DNA of 64,000 bases from Candidatus Kaiserbacteria bacterium (GTDB lineage: Bacteria > Patescibacteriota > Minisyncoccia > Phycocordibacterales > UBA2100), in contig PLSR01000003.1 of NCBI GenBank assembly GCA_003164215.1, positions 28,892 to 92,891 of the forward strand. Direction: 5' to 3'. Each line of letters opens with the position of its first letter. The first letter of the stretch is position 1. The notes beneath the pieces are model-generated. The model searched no databases, was not told the DNA's origin, and was given only the letters and a program-made list of their open reading frames with translations. Positions 1 to 10,065 of the stretch are shown in pieces. The position numbers were made by a program, and so were the translations under genes.

Positions 1-63
1 CCCTGATCAGAGCCGGTTCTCCTATCTTTTGATTGAGATCTCCTATAAAGGTCCGTTCCATAT

Positions 64-999
64 TTATATCGTAACACCGAGCTTCGTGCGTACTTCCGCC
101 ATCTTTTTCGATGCGATCGCACGGGCTCGCTCCCCGCCTTCTCTCAAAATATTTCTCACGTCCTCATCCGTGATCGCTTCTCGTACTTCACGCATTGGAG
201 CAGCGAAGGCCTCGATATCCTCGATCAGGGATTCCTTGAGCGCCTTATATTTACCTTTGTTCTCTGTGTAGATAATGCTGAGATCGTCTTTTGATCGAAA
301 AAGCGAATGAATGGCGTAGACATTCTCAGGACTCTCTGCCTTGGAATCAGTCACGATCGACATCACCGCCTTCGCGATCTCATCTTTGGTGCCGAAAAGA
401 GGAATGGTGTTGCCGTAACTTTTGCTCATTTTGCGTCCGTCGGTGCCGGGTACGACTGCAACAGTCTCTAGTATGTGTTCTTTGGGCTCCTTGAACGTAT
501 CGCCGAACGTGTTGTTGAACTTCGCCGCCGCCTCGCGCGCGTATTCAACGTGCTGCTGCTGATCTTTACCGACCGGAACGATGTCAGTGTCATATAGAAG
601 AATGTCTGCCGCCATGAGCATCGGGTAATCAAAAAGTCCCATGTTCGCCTCCTTACCATTGGCGACCGCATCCTTGTACGCGTGCGCTTGCATAAGGAAC
701 GAAACAGAGACGAGACTATTGAAGACCCACGTGAGTTCGGTGTGCTCGGGCACGTCGGATTGCTTGAAGATGATGGACTGCGCAGGATCGATGCCGATGG
801 CGACGTATGCCGCAGCGATGTCGATGATGCCTGCGCGAAGCTCGCCTGGGTCGCGTAGCGAGTTGATGGAATGGTAATCGGCAACCATAAACATACAGTC
901 ATATCGAGGAGCCAATTCAACGAATTGACGCATCGCGCCAAAGTAGTTGCCCAGGTGCAAGGTGCCCGTTGGCTTTATTCCGCTAAAAAGCTTCTGCAT
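64..999 (-). CDS. trpS: tryptophanyl-tRNA synthetase
   Basis: 311 aa; N-terminal GIKPTG.LHLGN (HIGH-like) motif and KMSKS motif; class I aaRS architecture. Confidence 0.9.
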   Translation of the reverse strand: MQKLFSGIKPTGTLHLGNYFGAMRQFVELAPRYDCMFMVADYHSINSLRDPGELRAGIIDIAAAYVAIGIDPAQSIIFKQSDVPEHTELTWVFNSLVSVSFLMQAHAYKDAVANGKEANMGLFDYPMLMAADILLYDTDIVPVGKDQQQHVEYAREAAAKFNNTFGDTFKEPKEHILETVAVVPGTDGRKMSKSYGNTIPLFGTKDEIAKAVMSIVTDSKAESPENVYAIHSLFRSKDDLSIIYTENKGKYKALKESLIEDIEAFAAPMREVREAITDEDVRNILREGGERARAIASKKMAEVRTKLGVTI

Positions 1000-1031
1000 A
1001 GAGCTTCATAATACCAGAAAATCTGGCTTTT

Positions 1032-2645
1032 TTAAGCCGCAGGTAATTCGACGACGAATCGCGAACCTTTGCCGGCCCCTTGCGATTCAGCCCATATCTT
1101 CCCGCCGTGCGATTCGACGATGGTCTTTGCAATGAAGAGGCCGTAGCCGGTCGAGTGAACATTGACCTTGATGGAATCCTTGCCGTGGCCGCCTTCAGTA
1201 AAGAGACGCGCCTTGTCTTCGCCCGTGATGCCAACGCCGCTATCTTGCACTGAAAATCTCACGATGGTGCCTACACGCACAACTTCGATCGTGATAGAAC
1301 CAGTCGGAGTATATTTGATCGCGTTATCAACGAGGTTACGCACCACGTGGTCACGGATCTTTTCTTCATCGCCGCTCACCTTGCATGGCACTTCCCATGC
1401 GAGCGACATGTTCATGGTGAGATGTTTCTCATCGACCGCGGGTTTGAGATGATCGACCACGCCCCGTACGACATCCTTGAGATCGAAAACATCTTTCTTA
1501 TACGAGACAGTGCCACGTTTTAGATTCGAAGCATCGAGAATATCCATCACCGTTCGAACGCCACGGCGCACGTCGATCAAAGCTTCGTTCGCCATCGTGG
1601 AAATATCCGATGAGACCGGTCCGAAATCTCCCTGCGCTATCGCCGCAAATCCGGCCTCGCTCTTGGTAAGATAGCCCTTGATCTCATGGCTGATGAAGTG
1701 GAGCAGGCTCACCTGCTGTGCATTCACGTTCTCTAATTCAACTTCTTGTTTTTGAATCACCTCGCGTTGCTCGACCTCATTGAAAACACCTCGAATGAGG
1801 AGAATTCCGACGGCCAAGACTAGCACGAATACGCTTAATCGAAAGATAAGGATCGTTGGATCGGACGACAAGAGGATATCGAACAGGGTCAGAATAGCCA
1901 CGCTCCCGACAAGTAACGCCGTCGCGATGATCTTCACATTGAACAGATGATGTCTCGATATGGCATACGCGGTCAATATGATGAACGGAAAAATGAACAG
2001 AGGGCCATACTGAACGAACGAAGAATTACCAAGCACGGCTGGAGCTATGAAGTTAAACGCGAGGATGAGCGTGAATGTGATGACCGTACCCAAGAGAATA
2101 GTTCTATACGCCGCACGCTCTTCGTTCCGCGCTCGATATGTTTGAATGGCGAATTTGATGAAGCTTGTAATGATGAGCATCCCGACGAATAGACCGAAGA
2201 TCGCAATGGCAGGTCCGTTTGTCACATTTTGAACACGTCCGGTCTCAGAAAAACTCGTGATCTTCTCAAAAACGAACGGCGATAGGGTGAGCAGTGAGAC
2301 AAGCGCGGTCAGCGGAATGAGCACATGACGATACCACGCGGGAAGCGACCTCTTTTCAGCGGGAAAAACGTAATAAAAGTGAAAGAGCGAGAACGCGAAC
2401 CATGTCGCGGAGAACAGCAATGCTCGCAGAAGCCAGAGGACTATCTGCGGCGAAGAAGATTCATAGATCTCAATATTCAGAACGCACCAAATGATGGATG
2501 AGATCGCGATGTAGAGGAATGCTTGATGAGTCACACTTTTGCGATTGCTGATGAAAACGGCGAACCCGATGACAAGCATGAACGCAGCTACTACTGCGAC
2601 AAAAAAAAGATCAATATTCGTAAGATCGAAGTAGGCGTTTGTCAT
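1032..2645 (-). CDS. sensor histidine kinase with multi-TM N-terminal sensor domain
   Basis: 537 aa; about 7 hydrophobic helices at the N-terminus, then an H-box (LHFISHEIKGYL) and HATPase_c motifs (DSGVGI, GLGL-like); no adjacent response regulator. Confidence 0.8.
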   Translation of the reverse strand: MTNAYFDLTNIDLFFVAVVAAFMLVIGFAVFISNRKSVTHQAFLYIAISSIIWCVLNIEIYESSSPQIVLWLLRALLFSATWFAFSLFHFYYVFPAEKRSLPAWYRHVLIPLTALVSLLTLSPFVFEKITSFSETGRVQNVTNGPAIAIFGLFVGMLIITSFIKFAIQTYRARNEERAAYRTILLGTVITFTLILAFNFIAPAVLGNSSFVQYGPLFIFPFIILTAYAISRHHLFNVKIIATALLVGSVAILTLFDILLSSDPTILIFRLSVFVLVLAVGILLIRGVFNEVEQREVIQKQEVELENVNAQQVSLLHFISHEIKGYLTKSEAGFAAIAQGDFGPVSSDISTMANEALIDVRRGVRTVMDILDASNLKRGTVSYKKDVFDLKDVVRGVVDHLKPAVDEKHLTMNMSLAWEVPCKVSGDEEKIRDHVVRNLVDNAIKYTPTGSITIEVVRVGTIVRFSVQDSGVGITGEDKARLFTEGGHGKDSIKVNVHSTGYGLFIAKTIVESHGGKIWAESQGAGKGSRFVVELPAA

Positions 2646-3670
2646 CGTTGTTCGTTCAATGCCAAGTAATGACCGTGAGAATAAAACCTGAGCGAAGACC
2701 CTGCGTGTCTACGCTTTATATTCTGTTTTGTAGCGAAGCGCAAATTTGAGAATACCACGGCGTTCAGAAAGACGGGGTGCGACCAGCCGGTCAATGTTTG
2801 CGGCAGCAGGTGGATATCGCTTCGCAACCCGTCATAATTGAGGGAATATCTCCCCAGTACGGACATGATCTCCATAAGTTTGATCACCCCATCGTTGTCG
2901 AGGTGGTGTAAGAAAAGCATTGTCATCACCACAGTAAAATCTCGCGGTTGAAATTCCCGAGAAAGATCGAAAATATCATTTTGACATTGCACGATCAAAA
3001 CGGGGGTCTTGTGTTCTCTCTCAAGCCTAAGCAGGACATCTCTGCTAACGACATTCTCGCGCACGATCGTAACGCGAGGATCATGAGTCTCGTTGAACGT
3101 CTGCGCGACCAGTGTGTGGGCTAATTCAGATGTGTCGATGGTCATGATGGTGACGTTGCGCACCTGATCCCCGGAAAGGAGCGTGGTGACGAATTGTCGC
3201 TCGGCCTCAGCGGCACCGCTACCGAGCGATGCGATTCGAATGCGGCTATCTTTTGAAATTTGCACAAGACGCAGAAGGCATTCTACGACCGGTCGCGCGA
3301 TACCTGGAAAAGGTCGACGTTCGACCTCGGACAATTTGGCATGCATGATGTGGTCAAGGTCAGGCAGTATCTCATTGATCTCAAGAAGGTCATCCGGTTT
3401 GATCGAGTGGGAATGGATAAGCCATTTCACATATGAAGGCACCGTTCGTATCGCCTCAAAAAAACGCAGATTCTGCTCAATCGCGTACGCATTAGTCAGC
3501 GGATGATCGTCACGTTTCAGACCTTTCAATTGAGACAAAATATAAGTGATCTGCGCTGAACGATCCTCGGGCACTGTTCCAGTGCTCGGCGTTCGCTCTG
3601 CGGTGCTCATATTGTCCGTTTCGTTACTGCTCATAGGTAATGTGTGGAGCTCGTCGCTTTGTTCGCGCAC
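2642..3670 (-). CDS. hypothetical protein with Rossmann-like GxGxxA motif (possible NAD/SAM-binding enzyme)
   Basis: 342 aa ORF; IASLGSGAAEAE motif; 4-nt overlap with the upstream kinase gene; true start may be an internal Met near 3610-3634. Confidence 0.4.
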   Translation of the reverse strand: MREQSDELHTLPMSSNETDNMSTAERTPSTGTVPEDRSAQITYILSQLKGLKRDDHPLTNAYAIEQNLRFFEAIRTVPSYVKWLIHSHSIKPDDLLEINEILPDLDHIMHAKLSEVERRPFPGIARPVVECLLRLVQISKDSRIRIASLGSGAAEAERQFVTTLLSGDQVRNVTIMTIDTSELAHTLVAQTFNETHDPRVTIVRENVVSRDVLLRLEREHKTPVLIVQCQNDIFDLSREFQPRDFTVVMTMLFLHHLDNDGVIKLMEIMSVLGRYSLNYDGLRSDIHLLPQTLTGWSHPVFLNAVVFSNLRFATKQNIKRRHAGSSLRFYSHGHYLALNEQR

Positions 3671-4772
3671 TCGCTGGACGGTGCGGGAGGCCGATGCGCA
3701 AAATCATGACAACGCCTTTAGACCCGACGGCCTGTTCAATTGACTCTTGCGCCGCAAGGATCCTTTTTCGAAGCTGCGACGCGATATCCGGGTCATTTGT
3801 TCGCCTCACGTATTCCGCAAGATAGAGAAGTCCTGCAAGTGGTTGAGCGGCGAGACCTTCGGCAGTCGTGGTAAGCCACGCACGTTCCATGCACCTGCCT
3901 GCGTTTATAAAATCCTCTTGCGTGGTTCCGGTGAGTATGACCGCTATACAGGCTCCAGTTCTCGCGTATAAGGCGGAATTACCCAATGCCGCGCCTCGCG
4001 CGAAGCCGATACGATTGAGTGTCGCCGTCACGGGCCAGAAATTCAACGCCCGAAAAAGAAGTTGCACCGGGGGCGGTAATTCCATCGTCTTAATATACAT
4101 GCCTGCCTCACCATTCTCGTTCTTATTCTCATCCCAAAAAATACTATCGAAAAAAGATCGGTGAAGTTTCTTTGTTCGCAATGCGGCCTCTTCCATGAGC
4201 ACAGACGAATGAGCGATGGTCTCAATTGCGTGGCGATCAGTGACAAGTAGCGCCCGAGCATCGCCCTCATGAATATCGCGAAGATGCTCAAAGAAAGACG
4301 GCTGAATGATCTGATGATATGGATTGCGATTCGTGTGACGCTTTTCGATCGTGTGAAATAAAGGATGCCCCGAACGATCACGCTCGTCAAAATGTACACG
4401 TGCGACGGCGTCGTCCTCTCCGTGAGAAAGATCAATAGCGGTATCGAGCCCGTCTTCCTGTGCGGCGATCGAGATATTTTCCACGAGCGCTCCGATCGCG
4501 ATCATCGTGCCGCGAGCCTCAATATTGAGGATCGGGTTATCGAGCTCGGGAAGCGCGTAAACATAGACCGTGTCACCCTTGACGGCAAAACGCCACGGTT
4601 GCGTATTATCGCCGGAAGGCGCCTTGGTACCGTGATGAAGAATTCGCTCGAGACGACTGCGGTCGATCATACGTATGATCTCATGGAAGTCCGATCGCGC
4701 GACGGAATTCGGCACGACGAGCATCTCGCTCAGTTTTTCCATCTGCATACGTCGGGTCGAAGATCGAGTCAA
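3624..4772 (-). CDS. nitroreductase-family (SagB/McbC-like dehydrogenase-type) protein, probably tandem NTR fold
   Basis: 382 aa; APSGDNTQPWRF matches the nitroreductase FMN-site signature; about twice the single-domain NTR length; overlaps neighbouring genes. Confidence 0.7.
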   Translation of the reverse strand: MTRSSTRRMQMEKLSEMLVVPNSVARSDFHEIIRMIDRSRLERILHHGTKAPSGDNTQPWRFAVKGDTVYVYALPELDNPILNIEARGTMIAIGALVENISIAAQEDGLDTAIDLSHGEDDAVARVHFDERDRSGHPLFHTIEKRHTNRNPYHQIIQPSFFEHLRDIHEGDARALLVTDRHAIETIAHSSVLMEEAALRTKKLHRSFFDSIFWDENKNENGEAGMYIKTMELPPPVQLLFRALNFWPVTATLNRIGFARGAALGNSALYARTGACIAVILTGTTQEDFINAGRCMERAWLTTTAEGLAAQPLAGLLYLAEYVRRTNDPDIASQLRKRILAAQESIEQAVGSKGVVMILRIGLPHRPASARTKRRAPHITYEQ

Positions 4773-5796
4773 GGCTTATTTCCACCTTCTGCTGAGTCAG
4801 CGGTTGCTTGAGCGCGATCCGCCTCAATGCGTAGGCGATGGCAACACCGGAAAGCGTCGCGGCGTCACCCAGTTGTGGCCAGGAGTAGATCGTCTTCCCC
4901 ACCTGTAACAACGACTCTGTCATGCGTATGGTGACGAGGTCAGGACCCGCGATCTTCGTCGCCAATCGAGGCAATTCCTGCGGCGGGAACGATCTGAATT
5001 CTTCGATCGTGATGTCCCCTATCGCGCCGTTGAAAAGCTGAGCATTGCGATCGAGATCGAACCGATCTGCTTCAAAAATGATGTTGTCGCCATTATCAGT
5101 TGCCATGATGACCGGAATACCGCGCTTACGCGCCTCGAATCGAAGGCGTATTTTCATCTCAAGGTTGTCTGTTTCTTCGACCAGGACGTCGATATCGGAC
5201 AGAAATGCATCCATGTTCGCTTCCGAAACTCCATCAGGAAATGACTCCACATCGGCATACGGATTGAGCTGGTAGAGATATTCGCTCGTTAGATCAGTTT
5301 TCTTCTTACCGACATCAAGAAAATCGAAGCGTATGCGGTTCAGATTAGAGGGCGACACTGTATCCGGGTCCGCGATCTTCACGTGACGGCCGCCACCCAT
5401 GAGCGCAAAGGTCGCGACGCCGTGACTGCCTACTGATAGACCAGCGTATGCGACTCGCAAGCCGTAGAGCGCGGCTTGCTCGTCCTTCTTGATGATCTCT
5501 CTATTGCGCGCGGTGCGTATCTCAAGATGCTCTGATTCTGTGAGATAGTGGGCGCATGTTCGATTCCAAGGAAAGTAGAACCATTCGCCGCATTCCGACA
5601 GCGATTTACCGACAGCGTATTCTCTCGTGAATTGTTCAAGTTCAGAAACGTGATCTTTGATGAATTTGAAACGCGGATTCCGTATGAGGAAAAGATCCTC
5701 AAGGAGCAGTTCGTACTGATCGATGATATTTGCCGGCTTCAATCGCCCGACGAACGATCCATATGTCTCAGTGCTTCGGTCAAGTCGTTCAGGCAT
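4681..5796 (-). CDS. ThiF/MoeB/E1-like adenylyltransferase with ~110-aa N-terminal extension
   Basis: 371 aa; nucleotide-binding loop YAGLSVGSHGV..GGG and DPDTVSPSNLNR typical of the E1/ThiF fold. Confidence 0.75.
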   Translation of the reverse strand: MPERLDRSTETYGSFVGRLKPANIIDQYELLLEDLFLIRNPRFKFIKDHVSELEQFTREYAVGKSLSECGEWFYFPWNRTCAHYLTESEHLEIRTARNREIIKKDEQAALYGLRVAYAGLSVGSHGVATFALMGGGRHVKIADPDTVSPSNLNRIRFDFLDVGKKKTDLTSEYLYQLNPYADVESFPDGVSEANMDAFLSDIDVLVEETDNLEMKIRLRFEARKRGIPVIMATDNGDNIIFEADRFDLDRNAQLFNGAIGDITIEEFRSFPPQELPRLATKIAGPDLVTIRMTESLLQVGKTIYSWPQLGDAATLSGVAIAYALRRIALKQPLTQQKVEISLDSIFDPTYADGKTERDARRAEFRRAIGLP

Positions 5797-5819
5797 GCTG
5801 AAATGATATCACGCCATTT

Positions 5820-7316
5820 TCAATTTTGTTTGAGTACCCACCGCTGCTTGATATCTCGCCTGAAATACGCCGGGTCTTCATAGGGCCAGTACACAATTTT
5901 GGGGACGGATCGGGCACCGAGAAAGTTGCACAGTTCACGAAACTCTGAATTCTTCTCTTTGAGATTCTTTATGATCTCGGCGAGCAATAACGCTGAGAAC
6001 TCGGGGCTGGCCTCTCTCCCCTGACGTAACTCGACGTTGATCTCAAGATATTGGTCGTGCGAGTCATCAAAACGCGTAGCAAGTGTCAAGCGGCCCGACA
6101 GGAACGGGGCGAATGATTCTCCGAGCAGGACCTCTTTGACGGTCTCCGGATAGACTTGTAATCCGTACAAAGTCGCCGAGAGATCACTACGCTCATACAC
6201 ATAGACGAACGGCAACAATCGAAGATCATCTGGGATCTTTGCGGCCTTCATTTCCTTCAAAAGATCGACACCGTGATCCGCCATGATCCGTTCAATTTCA
6301 GCGAATGTATACACGCCGCCATTGTCGCCGATCGCATACCGCATAAGCGGCATGGCGCTATCCGCCGAGAGTAGCAATTGCCCTTCGTGTTGTTCGAATG
6401 CAGTGTAGGCGGGAATGTTCTGCGCGAGTGTCGGCGTTTTGCTGATATCGCCGAACAAGGTCTTAAAAATTTCAGGTTTTTGTATCGCGATCTGACGAAC
6501 ACGAATAGAGAGCGGTGTCTCGAACGCCATCGTTCCCACGTCCGCGCTCCCGTATACATTCATTGTATCGGTCAGCGGGTTCTTTATGTTCGCCTTTTTC
6601 ACGACGTAATCTCGAAATTGCTCGGTGAATGCTTCTGCCGCGAAAAGAATTGCCACTTTGTGATTCTTTAAGGAAATACCTGCCTCGGCCGCACCGTCGA
6701 GGACATCTTTGATGAACGGCGGATACCCGGTAAGAATGATCTGTTTGTAGCTGGGAGCAAGTTTTCGAAGTATTTTCAGTATTTCGGTGCGGTTGATGCC
6801 CGGAGTAATGATGGATATCGGATGCCCGCGTTTTGACATAAGCTCGAAGGCTTGGTATGTCAACAGGCCGCCGATCCAGATCCCCATGCCGAAGCATATG
6901 ATGACAAGCGTAGATTCCGTTTTCGAGAGCGAAGTCTGAAGAAAAAAGCGCTCATGGATCAGCGCAGATTGTTCGTCGATGGTCGGTGACCGTCCGAAGA
7001 AGAACGGTTCCCCGGTCGAGCCGGATGTTGAAGTAAGCACATGTGGCGTCGCCAGTGAGCCGCCCCAAAAAAGATCTGCATATTTTGCAGGGCGTAGATA
7101 GTTGTCCTTTGAGGTAAGTGGTATGCGCAACAGATCGTGGTCTGTCTTGATATCCGCAGCTCGAGTCCCTGCATTTTTCAGGAATTTCTTATATGCCGGC
7201 ACTTCTGCCGCCATTTTGTGGAACAATCGCACGAGCGTAGAATCGGCCCGTGGAGATTCTGGGCTACGAACCTTCTTCGTACTCTTTTTCAGCCGTGGGC
7301 GAACCGATTGTTGCAT
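5820..7316 (-). CDS. adenylate-forming enzyme, PaaK/CapK/F390-synthetase-like (ANL superfamily)
   Basis: 498 aa; P-loop-like TSTSGSTGEPFFF (A3 motif) and YGSAD (A5-like) motifs. Confidence 0.6.
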   Translation of the reverse strand: MQQSVRPRLKKSTKKVRSPESPRADSTLVRLFHKMAAEVPAYKKFLKNAGTRAADIKTDHDLLRIPLTSKDNYLRPAKYADLFWGGSLATPHVLTSTSGSTGEPFFFGRSPTIDEQSALIHERFFLQTSLSKTESTLVIICFGMGIWIGGLLTYQAFELMSKRGHPISIITPGINRTEILKILRKLAPSYKQIILTGYPPFIKDVLDGAAEAGISLKNHKVAILFAAEAFTEQFRDYVVKKANIKNPLTDTMNVYGSADVGTMAFETPLSIRVRQIAIQKPEIFKTLFGDISKTPTLAQNIPAYTAFEQHEGQLLLSADSAMPLMRYAIGDNGGVYTFAEIERIMADHGVDLLKEMKAAKIPDDLRLLPFVYVYERSDLSATLYGLQVYPETVKEVLLGESFAPFLSGRLTLATRFDDSHDQYLEINVELRQGREASPEFSALLLAEIIKNLKEKNSEFRELCNFLGARSVPKIVYWPYEDPAYFRRDIKQRWVLKQN

Positions 7317-7340
7317 ATATTGCCCTACACGATGACATAT

Positions 7341-8384
7341 TTACGATCGTTGAACAAGGTCACGCAGGTGCTTCAAAACGATGCCCTGATGCTTGGGAGA
7401 TGGGACCGCCATCCGTATGGTATTACTCAGCAGCGTTCTGGCGGGGTCATACGCGGACATCCATGATCCTTCGGATACGTGAATTTTCCGCTTATGTAGC
7501 AAGCTCGAAAGAGAAACGGCATCCGGAACCCGAAACAAAATGAAATTCGTGGCAGAAGGATAAGCGGTGACGCCGGATATGGTACGGAGCTCGGTCAATA
7601 TATCGTCGCGCATGTCTGCAATAAGTCTGCGGCGTGCCACGAATTCTTTTGCTCGCACAAGTAAAGCCTGTGCGATGACGACGCTGGGATGTGCTACCGG
7701 CCATGGCAGGAGCGCGCGCGTTATGAGAGGGGTAATGTCCGGCGACGACATACAGTAGCCAATTCGTGCTCCCGCAAGCCCGAAGGATTTCGAAAGTGTG
7801 CGAAGAATAACGATCGATTGCGAATCGAGCCGTTCGATCGAGGTTTCTCCACCGAATTCAAAATAGGCTTCATCAACGACGGCAAGTATGCCATACTTTT
7901 GCGCCGCATCGAGCACTTTCTTGAGGTCCTCATGCGGAATAGAAGATCCAAGTGGATTATTTGGTGTACAAAGAAATATACATCCCACGCGACTCGCGGC
8001 GATGGCTTCAAGTACGTCGGCTGTTGGAAAAATAAAAGCTCCATCGACCTCATGGTAATAAAACGGAATGACAGTGGCGCCTTTTTGTTCAGCAATTCGC
8101 TCGTATCCGTAAAATGTGGGTACCGGAAGACCGATGGGCAGACCCGTGTGTTCGCAGTATTCGGTCAAGATAGAGATCGCCGCATCTGAGCCGGCAGTGA
8201 CGTTCACACGTTCCCGATCGACACCCGCATAACGGGCCAATGCGTCCAATAATGCGTCGTATGATGGATAGGTAGACAGTGTCTGCGCTTTCAACAATTC
8301 CGCCAAGCCACCTATGATCGCGTCATCCAGCAACCAATAACTTTCGTTATGTGCCAAAGGAATTATACCCGTACTGCCGTTCAT
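7341..8384 (-). CDS. class I/II PLP-dependent aminotransferase, histidinol-phosphate/aromatic aminotransferase-like
   Basis: 347 aa; PLP-lysine motif LSKSFGLAGARIGY; NPLG motif. Confidence 0.8.
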   Translation of the reverse strand: MNGSTGIIPLAHNESYWLLDDAIIGGLAELLKAQTLSTYPSYDALLDALARYAGVDRERVNVTAGSDAAISILTEYCEHTGLPIGLPVPTFYGYERIAEQKGATVIPFYYHEVDGAFIFPTADVLEAIAASRVGCIFLCTPNNPLGSSIPHEDLKKVLDAAQKYGILAVVDEAYFEFGGETSIERLDSQSIVILRTLSKSFGLAGARIGYCMSSPDITPLITRALLPWPVAHPSVVIAQALLVRAKEFVARRRLIADMRDDILTELRTISGVTAYPSATNFILFRVPDAVSLSSLLHKRKIHVSEGSWMSAYDPARTLLSNTIRMAVPSPKHQGIVLKHLRDLVQRS

Positions 8385-8400
8385 AGTCTTTGAACTCTCA

Positions 8401-8898
8401 TCAGCTTCGAACGAACGCGAGGATGATAAACACCCCTAGGAACCACAGAAGTGCATAGGGTAAGCCGAAAATCGCATGGATCTGATTGCCAGGATTCCAT
8501 AGTGCGACGAGAGCCGGTATCTGCAACCACATGACTATGAGCGCGATAGTTCCACTTATACCGGCGAGGAAGGAATTCATCAGTCCGCCCGATGACCCCC
8601 CGAACGTTGCCGTCATGCGGTTCGTGAGAAGAAATACTGCGATAAAGATCACGACCAAAATACCTGCCATGACATATGTCGATGCCAAAAATGGAGCGAT
8701 CACACTTTCCAATAGGAATGTATGCGGAATGAGACTAAAAAGAAATAGTGATACGGGTGACGTGATTGCGATTATAGAAGCATGTGCCGCACCCGAGCGC
8801 ATCGCATCTATGGTGAGCAGAAGGACAAGTAGAACGAAGACGATCCAGCCGAACGGGATGTGAGTGAGCCAGGTGGGAAAAAGAGCAGAAAGATTCAT
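8401..8898 (-). CDS. hypothetical integral membrane protein (about 5 TM)
   Basis: 165 aa, strongly hydrophobic; start overlaps the dnaJ stop by 4 nt, implying co-transcription. Confidence 0.5.
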   Translation of the reverse strand: MNLSALFPTWLTHIPFGWIVFVLLVLLLTIDAMRSGAAHASIIAITSPVSLFLFSLIPHTFLLESVIAPFLASTYVMAGILVVIFIAVFLLTNRMTATFGGSSGGLMNSFLAGISGTIALIVMWLQIPALVALWNPGNQIHAIFGLPYALLWFLGVFIILAFVRS

Positions 8899-8901
8899 AG
8901 A

Positions 8902-9999
8902 TCAAAGTCCTTCTGCACGCAACTTATCAATAAGGTCTCGCGCAGAGCGGGAAAGTTTCTTCGGAAATTCGATGTCGACGCGAATGATGAGATCGCCACG
9001 GCCGCCGCGAGCGGTTGGGACACCTTTTCCGCGGATCCTGATAGTCTCGCCATGCACAATACCGGCAGGTACCGTGACGACTTCTTCACCATCAAGCGTC
9101 GAGATGCGATACTCGCCGCCGAGAAGTGCATCGGTGAGCTTGATCGGAAGTGCCGTGAGCAAATTATTGCCGTCACGCGAGAATGATGCGTCGGTCTTCA
9201 CGTGCAATTTTACATAAAGATCCCCCGCGCTGCCGCCCTTGGCCGCTTCACCGCGACCCGGCATACGGATCATCTCACCATCTTGGACTCCTCCGGGGAC
9301 AGTAACGTGGATCTCCTCCTGACGCTTCGTCACGCCCGCTCCACGGCAGGTCTCGCATGGTGTCTCCGGGATCTCACCGCGGCCGCTGCAGGTCGGGCAC
9401 AAGCGTGCTGACGTGAAGTTCCCGAAGAAGGTGTTGCGGGTCTCACGAATATCACCCTTGCCGTTGCAGGTCTTGCAGGTGATCATTTTCGAACCCTTCT
9501 TGGCTCCAGTACCGCTGCACACGTCGCAGACCGCCATCTTCGAGATGAGCACCCGGCGATCTGTGCCGAAAATACTCTCTTTAAATGAAAGCTCGATATC
9601 GATGGAAATGTCGCGCCCTCGCTGTTGACCGCGCCCACCGCCACCATTGCCCCCGAAAATATCACCGAAAATATCACCGAGGTCGAATTCGACATTCTGC
9701 CCATTGAAACCCTGGAATCCTTGCTGGAAATTTGAGAAATCGAACCCACCGAATCCTGCGCCGGATGCCGCACCGTTGCCTCCCGCAAATGTCTTGCCGT
9801 ACGTATCGTATTCCGCCCGCTTCTTTTTATCTGAAAGCACGGAATACGCCTCGCTCAGCTCTTTGAATTTGGCCTCATCGCCGCCCTTTTTGTCGGGATG
9901 ATGTTTCTGCGCGAGTTTGCGGAAAGCTTTTTTTATATCGTCTTCAGTCGCGGATTTCGAAAGCCCAAGAATATCGTAGTAATTCTTCATAGAGGTCAT
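8902..9999 (-). CDS. dnaJ: molecular chaperone DnaJ
   Basis: J-domain with HPD motif, G/F-rich region, four CxxCxGxG zinc-finger repeats. Confidence 0.9.
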   Translation of the reverse strand: MTSMKNYYDILGLSKSATEDDIKKAFRKLAQKHHPDKKGGDEAKFKELSEAYSVLSDKKKRAEYDTYGKTFAGGNGAASGAGFGGFDFSNFQQGFQGFNGQNVEFDLGDIFGDIFGGNGGGGRGQQRGRDISIDIELSFKESIFGTDRRVLISKMAVCDVCSGTGAKKGSKMITCKTCNGKGDIRETRNTFFGNFTSARLCPTCSGRGEIPETPCETCRGAGVTKRQEEIHVTVPGGVQDGEMIRMPGRGEAAKGGSAGDLYVKLHVKTDASFSRDGNNLLTALPIKLTDALLGGEYRISTLDGEEVVTVPAGIVHGETIRIRGKGVPTARGGRGDLIIRVDIEFPKKLSRSARDLIDKLRAEGL

Positions 10000-10065
10000 T
10001 ATATTCTCGCATCGCTAAACGCACAACGTGACGCAGTACGTTGAATTTCACACAATGAGCGTTGA

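Noticed and set aside
29-271. 80-aa plus-strand ORF at the window start
   Set aside because: It overlaps the 3' end of trpS on the opposite strand and has no motif or RBS.
3624-7316. Calling the E1-like and nitroreductase genes a canonical TOMM (thiazole/oxazole) cluster
   Set aside because: No YcaO-family protein and no convincing precursor-peptide ORF are present in the window. The 498-aa adjacent enzyme has an AMP-binding P-loop, not YcaO motifs.
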